A DNA stretch of 64,000 nt, taken from Acidimicrobiales bacterium. GTDB lineage: Bacteria; Actinomycetota; Acidimicrobiia; Acidimicrobiales; SZUA-35. Both the position numbers and the translations under genes were made by a program. Location: contig JBLINY010000002.1 in the NCBI GenBank assembly GCA_047638695.1, forward strand, positions 11-64,010, written 5' to 3'. This document shows positions 37,051 to 46,478 of the stretch, one piece after another (the stretch's first letter is position 1; every line of letters starts with the position of its first letter). The notes under the pieces are model-generated. The model was not told the DNA's origin, ran no database searches, and saw only the letters and a list, made by a program, of their open reading frames with translations.

Positions 37051-38772
37051 TCAAGCGCTCGTGGATTGAGGACCGCGAATGAGTTGTCCCGGCATGGACC
37101 CCGTTGCCTCACCGTCGCGGTAGATCACTTCGCCACGCTTGATCGTGGCCAGGTAGCCCTCGGCCCGCTGGATGAGTCGACGCCCGCCCGCCGGTAGGTC
37201 GTATGCCATCTCGGGAGCTCGCAGCGTCAAGTTCTCGAAGTCGATCACGTTGACGTCAGCCAACATGCCCGCTTCCAAGGTGCCCCGGTCGTCCAACCCG
37301 ACCTGACGAGCGGTGTCGCGGCACTGACGCTGGATTACGAGCTCCAGGGGCAACCGCTCGCCTCGCTCGCGGTCGCGCACCCAGTGGGTGAGCATGTAGG
37401 TGGGGAAGCTGGCGTCGCAGATCACGCCGCAGTGAGCGCCGCCGTCGGAAAGCCCAGGCACCGTGCCCTCGGCCAGGTTCATTTCTCGCACCACGTCATG
37501 GTTGCCGTCGGTGAAGTTGGCAAGCGGGAACAACATGAGTTCGCGGCCGTCGCGCTCGAGCAGCATGTCGTAAGCCATCTCGACGGGCGGAACTCCTGCC
37601 GCTTCGGCCCGATCTTTGATGCTGTCCTCGGGTGCGGGCTCGTAGTCCGGAGGATCGCCAAGAGGGAACATCTTGTGGAACGACTGCGCCACCATGCCCG
37701 ACATACCCCTGGTGCGCGACGCATGTTCCTCAATCAACTTGGCTCGCATTTCCGGGTCGCGCATGCGATCGACCCGCGCATCGAGGTCAAGGTCCGCCAG
37801 TTCTTTGCGGTAGGTGGGGCAAGTAATGAACGGATGCATCGACGACTGCAACCCAAGCAGGAGGCTCACCGGGCGGATGGCGACCTGAGCGGTGAGGTCG
37901 GTCCCACCGGCCCTGGCATCCTGGATACGGTCGAGCACCTTGCGCCAGTGGTCGGGGCTCTGATCGTTCTGCACCAGCAGGATCGACAGCGGCGCCGAGG
38001 CATGGTCGGCCATGCCCTCGAAGATCTCGAACTCAACGTCGAGATCGACAAAGTCGGAGACGATCTCGAGGTGCCCGAAGCCCTTGTCGGCCAACGCAGC
38101 CGCAATTCCCCACAGCTCATCGGGGGTGTTGGTGAGCGTCGGGATCTGGTTGCCCTCTTTGTCGCGGTGGTTGATCGTGCGAGAGGTGGTGAATCCGAGT
38201 GCTCCGGCCTCGAGCGCCTCGCCGGTCAGCTCACGCATCGTGGCGATCTCTTCGGGTGTGGCCACTTCGGTGTGATCGCGGCCGCGGTCGCCCATGACGT
38301 AGACCCGCAATGCCGAGTGGGGCATCTGGGCCCCGACATCGATGGCGTGAGGGATGGCCTCGACGGCGTCGAGGTACTCGGGAAACGACTCCCATGTGAA
38401 GTCAACGCCCTCGGACAGGGCGGCGCCAGGGATGTCTTCGACCCCTTCCATCACGCTGATCAGGAACTCATGTCGGTCGGGTCGAACGGGAGCGAATCCG
38501 ACACCGCAGTTGCCCATCACAATCGACGTGACGCCATGCCACGACGACGGGGTGATGGCGGGATCCCACAACACCTGACCGTCGTAGTGTGTGTGAATAT
38601 CCACAAAGCCAGGCGTGACCATCTGGCCCGCGGCATCGATTTCCTCGCGGCCTTGGTCGGGAACATCGCCGACGATGGAGATGCGATCTCCGTCGATAGC
38701 CACGTCGGCTGTTCGGGCCGCGACGCCCGTTCCGTCGACAACCCGGCCGTTACGAATAACTAGATCGTGCAT
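37051..38772 (-). CDS. N-acyl-D-amino-acid deacylase (D-aminoacylase) family amidohydrolase
   Basis: 573 aa with [16 protein letters not shown]...[24 protein letters not shown] lies upstream of the ATG. Confidence 0.9.
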   Translation of the reverse strand: MHDLVIRNGRVVDGTGVAARTADVAIDGDRISIVGDVPDQGREEIDAAGQMVTPGFVDIHTHYDGQVLWDPAITPSSWHGVTSIVMGNCGVGFAPVRPDRHEFLISVMEGVEDIPGAALSEGVDFTWESFPEYLDAVEAIPHAIDVGAQMPHSALRVYVMGDRGRDHTEVATPEEIATMRELTGEALEAGALGFTTSRTINHRDKEGNQIPTLTNTPDELWGIAAALADKGFGHLEIVSDFVDLDVEFEIFEGMADHASAPLSILLVQNDQSPDHWRKVLDRIQDARAGGTDLTAQVAIRPVSLLLGLQSSMHPFITCPTYRKELADLDLDARVDRMRDPEMRAKLIEEHASRTRGMSGMVAQSFHKMFPLGDPPDYEPAPEDSIKDRAEAAGVPPVEMAYDMLLERDGRELMLFPLANFTDGNHDVVREMNLAEGTVPGLSDGGAHCGVICDASFPTYMLTHWVRDRERGERLPLELVIQRQCRDTARQVGLDDRGTLEAGMLADVNVIDFENLTLRAPEMAYDLPAGGRRLIQRAEGYLATIKRGEVIYRDGEATGSMPGQLIRGPQSTSA

Positions 38773-38947
38773 TTGATCCCCCTATGAATCAACCTCAAGC
38801 GTAGACCGATGCTCGGTCATGGGGTGGATCGACGGCAAGGAGCCCGCAACACAACAGGGCGGGGAGCTGCCTCGCAGCGCGACCAGAGCGAGATCTCGAA
38901 GTCCTTCGCACCATCAATCGTGAGCGCCAACGAGAACCCTGTCCGGG

Positions 38948-40702
38948 TCACACCCGGGGTGGATCGATGGCCACGCGCACCCGACCCTTTGGCCTTTCAA
39001 GGCTACAAAGAACATCTGCCAAAGTGTCGGGGTCGGCAGCCCGCACCAGGTAGCGGCCATCAGGTCGAGGGCCCATCACATTGACCTCGCCAACACCCGG
39101 GCCGGAGACCAGCGGTTCGAGAAGCTCGGCGGCTGCCGCACCGCTCACTTCGGCCAGGGCCCCGTACGGCGGGAAGCCCATGCTCTGTCGTATGGCCAGC
39201 TCTTCGGTGACAAATCGGTCGGTGTCGCTACGAACGGCTGCCGTGACCACCCGATGCTCAGGGGTTCGGGTCTGCAACATGATTCGACCACCACCGGCTC
39301 GGCTACCCACCAAGCGAGCAGCTCTGACCACGAGTCCCATAGCCTGTTCAGCCGTCCGGTATCGGGTGGCCAAAAGCTCCTGATCGAAGTCGAGAAAACA
39401 CACCGCATCGGCGACATGCACTCGATGCAGCAGCGCCTCAGTGCCGACCATGATGCGGAGACGTTCGATATCGGCGGCAGATGTTTCGGCGGTCAGCTCG
39501 CCTACCGGCTCGCCCGCAAGTACCTCGAGTTCTTCCCGTGCTCGGTTTACGCCGAGACGTAACCGTTTCAGTTTTGTTCCCGAGCAGTTGGCACACACGA
39601 GCGGTCTGCGCTCACCGCTGAACGACACCAGCTCACCATCCATCTCGGCCATCAGCTGGTTGCCATCTTCGGTGCGTACTAGTTCGCCACATGACGCACA
39701 GGCCAGCATCTGGGCCCGACCTTTGCGGTTCAGCACACACAAGACTCGACCAGGTGAACGAACAAGATCGACGAGCTCCGACGAGAACAGTCCCGGCTTG
39801 CCGGGATCCTCCTGACGGCGGTCGACCACCTGCACCAGCGGCCATCCGGCTCGCTCGTCGCTACGCGACAGCGAAAGCACTCGGTCCGCAGCCCCAATGG
39901 CAGCGGCGCTGGGCGCGGCGGAGACCAGGACGCAGGGCACTCCGGCGCGCCGGGCCCGTTCGACGGCCACATCCCGGGCGTGCCATGTCGGGTTCCGTTC
40001 TTCCTGAAGTGACTCGTCGTGCTCGTCGATGACCAACATGCAACCGAGCTGGGGCACGGTGGCCCAAACCGCAGATCGAGCCCCGGTGACTAACCCTCCG
40101 GTTGCGCCGAGCGCCCAGTCTCGGCCGGCCAGCGCTATGCGGCCGCCGGCTCGCCGGTAGCGGGCTCCGTTGAAACGAGCGTCAGCAACTCCCGGCATGA
40201 CGATGATGGCGTCGCCACAGCTGGCGGCTGCGGCATAAAAGGGCAGGAGGTCGGTATCGGGTGCAACCCGCACCACGGTGACACCCGGTTTCGAGACAGC
40301 TTCGGCTGCGAGGGCAGCCACGGGGTCAGCGAGATCTGTTGGCACGACCCGCGCCGGGGCCGGCGGGGCGGGCAGGAGATCGATCATCTTGTCGGGCGAA
40401 GCCGTCTTGAGGATCGAAGCGAGTCGACCTCGCCATCGATGCCCGGCCCAGCGGGCGAGCTCGATGACCTCGGCTGACGGGCCTACTGACGACACCTTGG
40501 TGATCTCCCGTAGCACCACGCCCTCAGGCGGCTCCACGTCGGCGGCCACAACCCAGCCAGCTACTCGCCGGTTGTGCAGCTCGACCCGAACCAGCGAACC
40601 GACATCGACAATGTCGGCCCACCGCTCGGGGGCTAGATAGTCAAACTCTTTGTCGAGCCCCGATACGTCGGGGACCACCCGAACAACTCGAGGCATGCTC
40701 AC
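38948..40702 (-). CDS. priA: primosomal protein N' (PriA) homologue, apparently without a Walker A P-loop
   Basis: 584 aa. N-terminal VVRVVPDVSGLDKEFDYLAP, a DEHD box (LVIDEHDESLQEE) and Cys-rich CASCG...CANCSG. I see no GxxGxGK[ST] motif anywhere. Confidence 0.85.
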   Translation of the reverse strand: MSMPRVVRVVPDVSGLDKEFDYLAPERWADIVDVGSLVRVELHNRRVAGWVVAADVEPPEGVVLREITKVSSVGPSAEVIELARWAGHRWRGRLASILKTASPDKMIDLLPAPPAPARVVPTDLADPVAALAAEAVSKPGVTVVRVAPDTDLLPFYAAAASCGDAIIVMPGVADARFNGARYRRAGGRIALAGRDWALGATGGLVTGARSAVWATVPQLGCMLVIDEHDESLQEERNPTWHARDVAVERARRAGVPCVLVSAAPSAAAIGAADRVLSLSRSDERAGWPLVQVVDRRQEDPGKPGLFSSELVDLVRSPGRVLCVLNRKGRAQMLACASCGELVRTEDGNQLMAEMDGELVSFSGERRPLVCANCSGTKLKRLRLGVNRAREELEVLAGEPVGELTAETSAADIERLRIMVGTEALLHRVHVADAVCFLDFDQELLATRYRTAEQAMGLVVRAARLVGSRAGGGRIMLQTRTPEHRVVTAAVRSDTDRFVTEELAIRQSMGFPPYGALAEVSGAAAAELLEPLVSGPGVGEVNVMGPRPDGRYLVRAADPDTLADVLCSLERPKGRVRVAIDPPRV

Positions 40703-40792
40703 CAGTAGAGCCTAGGCACCAGTTACAAAAGTCGGTGACACCCGAATAGCAAAGCGAAAGGAACCCACCCCAAAAAACAGAGCAACCAGAGA

Positions 40793-41020
40793 GGCTGCGC
40801 CGCGGAGCAAGCAGCTCAACAAACGACACCCAGATGGCGAAGCGGAAGAGCTACGCCCGACCCAATATGAAGGCTGCGCCGCGGAGCAAGCAGCTCAACA
40901 AACGACACCCAGATGGCGAAGCGGAAGAGCTACGCCCGACCCAATATGAAGGCTGCGCCGCGGAGCAAGCAGCTCAACAGTCGACACCCAGATGGCGAAG
41001 CAGGAGGGCGCCAGCCCGAC
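40793..41020. repeat. about 79 bp tandem repeat, 2.9 copies, filling the metK-priA intergenic region
   Basis: GGCTGCGCCGCGGAGCAAGCAGCTCAAC recurs at 40793, 40872 and 40951. The two copies nearest priA are near-identical. The copy abutting the metK stop (41021-41023) is diverged and 80 nt long. Confidence 0.9.
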
Positions 41021-42220
41021 TCAAAGAGACAGTGCGCTCTTCACCTCGTCCACTTTGTCGGTGCGCTCCCAGGTAAAGGAGTTGCCGTCTTCGCGGCCGA
41101 AGTGGCCGTAGGCCGCAGTGGTGGCGTAGATCGGCCGGCGCAAGTCGAGGTGATCGAGGATGGCGGCGGGTCGAAGGTCGAACACGTCGTTGACGCATGC
41201 AGCGATGGCTGCCGGATCGGCGTTCTCGGTACCGAAGGTCTCGACCATCACCGACACGGGGCGAGCAACACCGATGGCATACGCGACCTGCACCTCGCAG
41301 CGATCGGCGACGCCAGCTGCGACCAGATTCTTAGCGACCCAACGAGTGGCGTAGGCAGCGGAGCGGTCGACCTTCGATGGGTCCTTGCCGGAGAAGGCGC
41401 CTCCGCCGTGGCGGGCCCAGCCGCCGTAGGTGTCGACGATGATCTTGCGACCGGTGAGACCAGCGTCACCGACTGGACCACCGATAACAAAGCGACCCGT
41501 CGGGTTGACCAATACTTCGTACGGGTCGTCAGCGAACTCGGCCGGGATCACCGGTCGGATGACATGCTCGATGAGATCGGGCCGAATCATGCTGTCACGG
41601 TCGATGCCATCGTCGTGCTGAGTTGAGATCAGCACGGTCTTCAGACGAACCGCTTTGCCGTCTTCGTAGTCGAAGGTGACCTGCGTCTTGCCGTCGGGAC
41701 GGAGATAGGGAACCGTGCCGGCGCGGCGCACCTCAGTTAGGCGCTCAGCCATGCGATGCGCGGTGTGAATCGGCAGCGGCATCATGGCTTCGTTCTCGTT
41801 GGTGGCGTAGCCAAACATCATGCCCTGGTCGCCGGCACCCTGTTCGTCGTAGAGATCGCCGGTTGCCCCGGTGTCACGGACTTCTTCAGATTTGTCGACG
41901 CCCTGAGCAATGTCGGCCGACTGTTCATCGATCGCAACCATGACGCCGCAGGTGTTGCCATCGAAGCCGTACGACCCGTTGTCGTAACCGATCTTCGTGA
42001 TGGTCTTACGAACGACCGAGGGGATGTCAACATAGGCCTCGGTGGAGATCTCACCAGCGACGATGGCAAGGCCTGTGGTGACCATTGTCTCGCAAGCGAC
42101 TCGACTGTTCGGATCCTGTTCGAGCAGCGCATCAAGGATGCTGTCCGAAATCTGATCAGCCATCTTGTCGGGGTGACCTTCGGTGACCGACTCAGACGTA
42201 AAGGTAAAGTTCTCGCTCAC
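41021..42220 (-). CDS. metK: S-adenosylmethionine synthase
   Basis: 399 aa with [20 protein letters not shown] and [16 protein letters not shown]. Confidence 0.98.
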   Translation of the reverse strand: MSENFTFTSESVTEGHPDKMADQISDSILDALLEQDPNSRVACETMVTTGLAIVAGEISTEAYVDIPSVVRKTITKIGYDNGSYGFDGNTCGVMVAIDEQSADIAQGVDKSEEVRDTGATGDLYDEQGAGDQGMMFGYATNENEAMMPLPIHTAHRMAERLTEVRRAGTVPYLRPDGKTQVTFDYEDGKAVRLKTVLISTQHDDGIDRDSMIRPDLIEHVIRPVIPAEFADDPYEVLVNPTGRFVIGGPVGDAGLTGRKIIVDTYGGWARHGGGAFSGKDPSKVDRSAAYATRWVAKNLVAAGVADRCEVQVAYAIGVARPVSVMVETFGTENADPAAIAACVNDVFDLRPAAILDHLDLRRPIYATTAAYGHFGREDGNSFTWERTDKVDEVKSALSL

Positions 42221-42253
42221 AGGCTTCTCGCTTCGTTGTTTCCGGATTGAGGC

Positions 42254-43492
42254 TTACGATTTAGTGGCTGACGGGCGCGCCGATACGATGTCGAGAACGG
42301 CTCCGGCAACTTGATTTTTGCCACGCAGAGGCACATGGACGACAGAGCCATCTGCCCCATGGATCGTGACTTCGTTGGTGTCGTGGGCAAAGCCGACGCC
42401 GGGCGCTGAGACATCGTTGGCCACGATGAAGTCGGCCCCCTTGCGCGCGAGTTTCGACCTTGCATTGGCCGCGAGATCATTCGTCTCGGCTGCGAACCCA
42501 ACAAGAACCTGACCAGCCCGCTTTTGCGAGCCGAGACCGGCCAAAATGTCGTTTGTTGGTTCGAGGACTATCTGGGGAACGCCATCGGCCTTCTTGATCT
42601 TCTGATCAGCTTGCTGAGCGGGCCGAAAGTCGGCAACGGCGGCAGCCATGATGATGATGTCTGCGGTGGCAGCCACTTCGTTAACGGCTGCTTCCATTTG
42701 GGCCGCAGTGGTGACCTGAACGACCTCGATGCCAGCCGGCACCGGCAACTCGACGGTACGGATCAGCGTGACCGTGGCCCCTCGCCGGTGGGCCTCGACC
42801 GCCAACGCGTGACCTTGCTTGCCAGTAGAGCGGTTACCGATGTAACGAACGGGATCGATTGCTTCTCGTGTTCCGCCTGCGGTCACGACTACCGAGCATC
42901 CGGCAAGGGGTCGATCCCCGACAAGGGTGGCGACGACTGTCTCGACGATCCGTTCGGGGGCAGCGAGACGACCTTTTCCTATGTCGCCGCCGGCCAGGCG
43001 ACCCTCTTCGGGGGGTACGACAATGACGCCGCGGTCGGCTAACACGGTCAGGTTCTCTTGCACCGCCGGGTGGTCCCACATCTCGGTGTGCATCGCCGGA
43101 CACAGGACGACCGGGGCTTCGGTCGCGATAAGTGTTGCCGACAGAAGATCGGCCGAGCGTCCAATGCGATAGTCGGCCAGGACGCGCGCCGTTGCCGGGC
43201 AGACAACGATGAGATCGGCGGTCTGTCCCATTGTCGTATGCGGTATCGGGTCGGCGTCGGTCCAAAGACTGGTCTTCACTGGCTCAGATCCGAGCGCTGT
43301 AAACGTGGTTGGACCCACCATGTTGAGCGCAGCGTCTGTAAGCACTGGCACCACATGGGCGCCCAGATCGACCAACCGTCGCATGACTTCAATCGACTTG
43401 TAGGCGGCAATACCGCCCGTGACGCCTAGAACAACTCGTTTACCCAACAGGCTCTTGGACTCCATCGAGTCTGACATGAGCGAGTCTGACAT
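42254..43492 (-). CDS. coaBC: bifunctional phosphopantothenoylcysteine decarboxylase / phosphopantothenate--cysteine ligase
   Basis: 412 aa, with GKRVVLGVTGGIAAYK flavoprotein N-domain and a CoaB C-domain. The start is ambiguous because of an MSDSLMSDSM duplication. Confidence 0.95.
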   Translation of the reverse strand: MSDSLMSDSMESKSLLGKRVVLGVTGGIAAYKSIEVMRRLVDLGAHVVPVLTDAALNMVGPTTFTALGSEPVKTSLWTDADPIPHTTMGQTADLIVVCPATARVLADYRIGRSADLLSATLIATEAPVVLCPAMHTEMWDHPAVQENLTVLADRGVIVVPPEEGRLAGGDIGKGRLAAPERIVETVVATLVGDRPLAGCSVVVTAGGTREAIDPVRYIGNRSTGKQGHALAVEAHRRGATVTLIRTVELPVPAGIEVVQVTTAAQMEAAVNEVAATADIIIMAAAVADFRPAQQADQKIKKADGVPQIVLEPTNDILAGLGSQKRAGQVLVGFAAETNDLAANARSKLARKGADFIVANDVSAPGVGFAHDTNEVTIHGADGSVVHVPLRGKNQVAGAVLDIVSARPSATKS

Positions 43493-43504
43493 GAGCGAAG
43501 ACGA

Positions 43505-43795
43505 CTAGGCAGCGTCGTCGTCGGAGGCTTCATCGCCCTCCGCCACCGGCTCTGGCCGGATGGGAACAATTTTGGCTGCTGCGATCTCCTCGAAGGCGAT
43601 CGACAGGGGTTTGCGGGCCACCGAAGTGACCTGCGGCGGGATCTTGGTTCCCAGCCCGTCGCCGAGCTGCCCAAAGTACGAATTGATCTCGCGAGCTCGC
43701 GTGGAGGCCAGGGTGCAAAGGCCGAACTTGGAGCCAGCGGCGTCCATCAGCTCTTCGACCTTTGGGGTCATCATCGTGTCGTACATCTCAGCCAT
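43505..43795 (-). CDS. rpoZ: DNA-directed RNA polymerase subunit omega
   Basis: 96 aa with SKFGLCTLASTRAREINSY. Forms gmk-rpoZ synteny. Confidence 0.9.
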   Translation of the reverse strand: MAEMYDTMMTPKVEELMDAAGSKFGLCTLASTRAREINSYFGQLGDGLGTKIPPQVTSVARKPLSIAFEEIAAAKIVPIRPEPVAEGDEASDDDAA

Positions 43796-43834
43796 GGGGG
43801 CAGACCTCCGAAGAGTCAGTATAGGCCGAGGAAG

Positions 43835-44407
43835 TCACCGTTGAGTGGCTTCCCTCGCGGTCATGATTACCTGATAGATCTCATCGGCACAGTTATCGAC
43901 ATCTTCATTGGTTATGCGATGCGCGCCGAGTTCGGCGCCGGCGTCGGCTTCCTCGCGGGCTTTCGCCAATCGTTGTGCAACCTTGTCCTCCGGGTCGCCC
44001 CGACGCCGAAGACGATCCTCTTGTTCCGCAGCCGAAGGCGCTTCGAGAAATATCAACAGAGAACCGGGGTTCTGCGCCATCACTTGGCGGGCCCCCTGCA
44101 CATCGATCTCGAGGACCAGGTCACGACCCAACGGCGCTTCGGGAGTCGGGGTGCCATAGAGGTTGCCAAGGAACTCTGCGTACTCGAGGAATCCGTTGAT
44201 TTCAATCCGTTCCTCAAAGGCCTCGCGAGTTACGAACACGTAGGCATCCTCGGCCTCACCGGGTCGCCGAGGCCGAGTGCTCCACGATCGACTGAGCCAT
44301 AACTCGGGGTGCCGTTCCACAAGGACGGCAACAACCGTTCCCTTACCGACGCCGCCCGGTCCGGAGACTACGACGACGAGCGGCTCAGGAAGCGGGGGTT
44401 CGGTCAG
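43835..44407 (-). CDS. gmk: guanylate kinase (non-canonical start required)
   Basis: The track ORF begins at GTG 44320, downstream of the P-loop. The same frame upstream encodes LTEPPLPEPLVVVVSGPGGVGKGT with no ATG, GTG or TTG. The candidate start CTG 44405-44407 overlaps the mihF TGA (CTGA). Confidence 0.85.
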   Translation of the reverse strand: MTEPPLPEPLVVVVSGPGGVGKGTVVAVLVERHPELWLSRSWSTRPRRPGEAEDAYVFVTREAFEERIEINGFLEYAEFLGNLYGTPTPEAPLGRDLVLEIDVQGARQVMAQNPGSLLIFLEAPSAAEQEDRLRRRGDPEDKVAQRLAKAREEADAGAELGAHRITNEDVDNCADEIYQVIMTAREATQR

Positions 44408-44718
44408 GAGAATTCCTTCAACAGCTTCTCGCGCTGCTGAGGCCCGAGGCCAGACAGGCGACGCGACTCGGCGATCGACAGTTCTTCCATCTTGCGTCGG
44501 GCGGTAACTTTGCCGATGCCCGGGAGCGATTCAAGAACAGCCAAAACTTTGATCTTGGCGATCATGACATCAGCATCAGCCTGAGCCAGAAGCTCGGGAA
44601 GGGTGACCGTGCCCATCTTCAGCCGAGCCTTCACTTCGGCGCGGACCCTACGTGCGACTGCTGCCTTTTCAAGGGCGGCTCGACGCTGCTCGTCCGTGAG
44701 TTGTGGTGGGTTGGGCAT
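44404..44718 (-). CDS. mihF: actinobacterial integration host factor
   Basis: 104 aa with LTDEQRRAALEKAAVARRVRAEVK...LESLPGIGKVTARR. Confidence 0.9.
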   Translation of the reverse strand: MPNPPQLTDEQRRAALEKAAVARRVRAEVKARLKMGTVTLPELLAQADADVMIAKIKVLAVLESLPGIGKVTARRKMEELSIAESRRLSGLGPQQREKLLKEFS

Positions 44719-44778
44719 GGGCGAAGACTAACCAAGACATTCACAAGTGATGAGATCAGAGCCTAAGAGAGATCAGTA

Positions 44779-45504
44779 TTATTCCAGACCCGCGAAAAGT
44801 TCGCTCGCTGCCACTGCAGGGTCCTTGGCCAAGGTAACGGCTCGACCGACAACAAGAAGGTCGGCCCCAGCGTCGAGCGCCTCGCTCGGAGTTACCGCTT
44901 TCGGCTGATCGTGGCGCTCCGCACCTGCGGCGCGGATACCTGGAACGACCCGTGTGGTTCGCGGCGCCATCTCACGAATGTCCTTTAGATCGCTAGCGGC
45001 GCAGACAATGCCACCGCAACCAGCCTCGACGGCAAGCCGCAGTCGATTAGGCACGATGTGGGCCGGAGCGTCGTCATCGCTCGTGAGAACGGTGATGGCC
45101 AGCGCGGTCGGTTCGGGTAGGCCCGCTTGGCGAGCACCGGTCTGCAAACCGTCGACGCCGGCACGCAACATGGCAGCACCGCCGTGAGCGTGCATTGTCA
45201 GGTAAGACGCGCCCAGAGCACCGGCGACACTGGCTGACTTCCCCACGGTGGTTGGGATGTCGTGGAGTTTGATATCGAGGAAAACCTCGAAGCCTTGGTC
45301 GATCAAGGTGCCGATGGCGTCGGGCCCAGCGGCGGTAAAAAGCTCGAGCCCTACTTTGGCTACGCCGAACCACGGCTTCAGGGCTCGGGCCAGTCGGGTG
45401 GCCTCGACCAGGTCATCGACATCGAGTGCGAGCGCCATACGAGCCCGCAGCTCAGGCGATAGGCCGATGTCCTGGGCGACCGCTGCTTTGGTGCTTTCCG
45501 CCAT
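44779..45504 (-). CDS. pyrF: orotidine 5'-phosphate decarboxylase
   Basis: 241 aa with FLDIKLHDIPTTV and LVVGRAV motifs. Confidence 0.93.
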   Translation of the reverse strand: MAESTKAAVAQDIGLSPELRARMALALDVDDLVEATRLARALKPWFGVAKVGLELFTAAGPDAIGTLIDQGFEVFLDIKLHDIPTTVGKSASVAGALGASYLTMHAHGGAAMLRAGVDGLQTGARQAGLPEPTALAITVLTSDDDAPAHIVPNRLRLAVEAGCGGIVCAASDLKDIREMAPRTTRVVPGIRAAGAERHDQPKAVTPSEALDAGADLLVVGRAVTLAKDPAVAASELFAGLE

Positions 45505-45548
45505 CTGATCTACTCCTGTTGCTGATTTGATACCGCTGAGTTCGGTCT

Positions 45549-46478
45549 TCAGAACCGCGCTTCACCGATGAGATCAGCGAAGCAATCAATGCCTTGTTTA
45601 GCGCACCACCGGTCGAGATCGGTGGTTAGTCGCCCGCAGGCGCGTGGATCGGCGAACGTGGCGGTTCCGACCTCGATCGCCGAAGCTCCGACAAGGGCAA
45701 ACTCGATGACGTCCTCGACGGTCGCAACCCCGCCCGCGGCCACGATCGGAAGATCGGGAATGGCTTGATGCACGAGGTGAACCGCTCGAACCGCCAGCGG
45801 GTGAATGGCCGGTCCCGAAACACCACCTGCTCCCCCACCGAGACGAGGTCTGCGAGTGATCGGATCGATGCTGAGGCCAAAGAACGTATTGACGAGGGTG
45901 ACGGCTTCAGCGCCGCCGAGCGCCGCTGCCTCGGCGATGGCGGGAAGCCCGGGTCCGACATTGGGACTGAGTTTGGCCCATCGAGGACGGCCTGCCGTCG
46001 CAGTGACGGCGAGAACTTCTTCCGTCATTGTTGGCGAGTGAGCGAACAGCTCGTTGCCTGCTTCGGTGTTGGGGCATGAGATGTTGACCTCGACCGCGAC
46101 AACCGAAGCCGATGCCTTGGCCAGCTGCTCGGCCGCCTCGGCGTAATCGTCAATCGAACGTCCCCAAATCGACGCCACCACCCGAGCGCCGGCGGCCTCG
46201 AGTTCAGGAAGCTCACTAACCAACCATTGGCTGACTCCCGAGCCCTGGAGTCCCACCGAGTTGATCATGCCAGAAGGCGTCTGGTGGACCCGGACCGGAG
46301 GGTTGCCATCCCACGGAAAGGCGGCGAGTGACTTCACCACGACAGCGCCCAGCGAGCCCAGGTCGACAAACGCACCGAGCTCAGCTCCATGGCCGGCTGT
46401 TCCCGACGCGGTCAGAATCGGCGTTGGCAACCTAAGCGACCCGACGGTGGTGGAGAGATCAGGCAGGGCTGACTCCAT
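45549..46478 (-). CDS. pyrD: dihydroorotate dehydrogenase, class 1 (Cys active-site base)
   Basis: Internal ATG at 46478 ([29 protein letters not shown]). NISCPN motif. The track start 46559 lies deep inside carB. Confidence 0.92.
   Translation of the reverse strand: MESALPDLSTTVGSLRLPTPILTASGTAGHGAELGAFVDLGSLGAVVVKSLAAFPWDGNPPVRVHQTPSGMINSVGLQGSGVSQWLVSELPELEAAGARVVASIWGRSIDDYAEAAEQLAKASASVVAVEVNISCPNTEAGNELFAHSPTMTEEVLAVTATAGRPRWAKLSPNVGPGLPAIAEAAALGGAEAVTLVNTFFGLSIDPITRRPRLGGGAGGVSGPAIHPLAVRAVHLVHQAIPDLPIVAAGGVATVEDVIEFALVGASAIEVGTATFADPRACGRLTTDLDRWCAKQGIDCFADLIGEARF

Noticed and set aside
37384-38763. 459 aa plus-strand ORF
   Set aside because: It is antisense to the D-aminoacylase gene. 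It is a shadow ORF with no motifs.
38810-38970. Repeated GGGGTGGATCGA 12-mer (38821 and 38957) as a possible duplicated priA 3' end
   Set aside because: Only 12 nt are shared and the flanks are unrelated. This is compatible with chance in high-GC sequence.
40793-41020. CRISPR array (also considered for 62876-62964 and 56333-56370)
   Set aside because: All three are contiguous tandem repeats with no unique spacers between units. No cas genes are present in the window.
40834-41626. Two plus-strand ORFs both beginning MAKRKSYARPNMKAAPRSKQLN (a possible small basic repeat protein)
   Set aside because: The identical N-termini are produced by the 79 bp tandem repeat. The period is not a multiple of 3, so the frame changes from copy to copy. 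The longer ORF continues antisense through metK.
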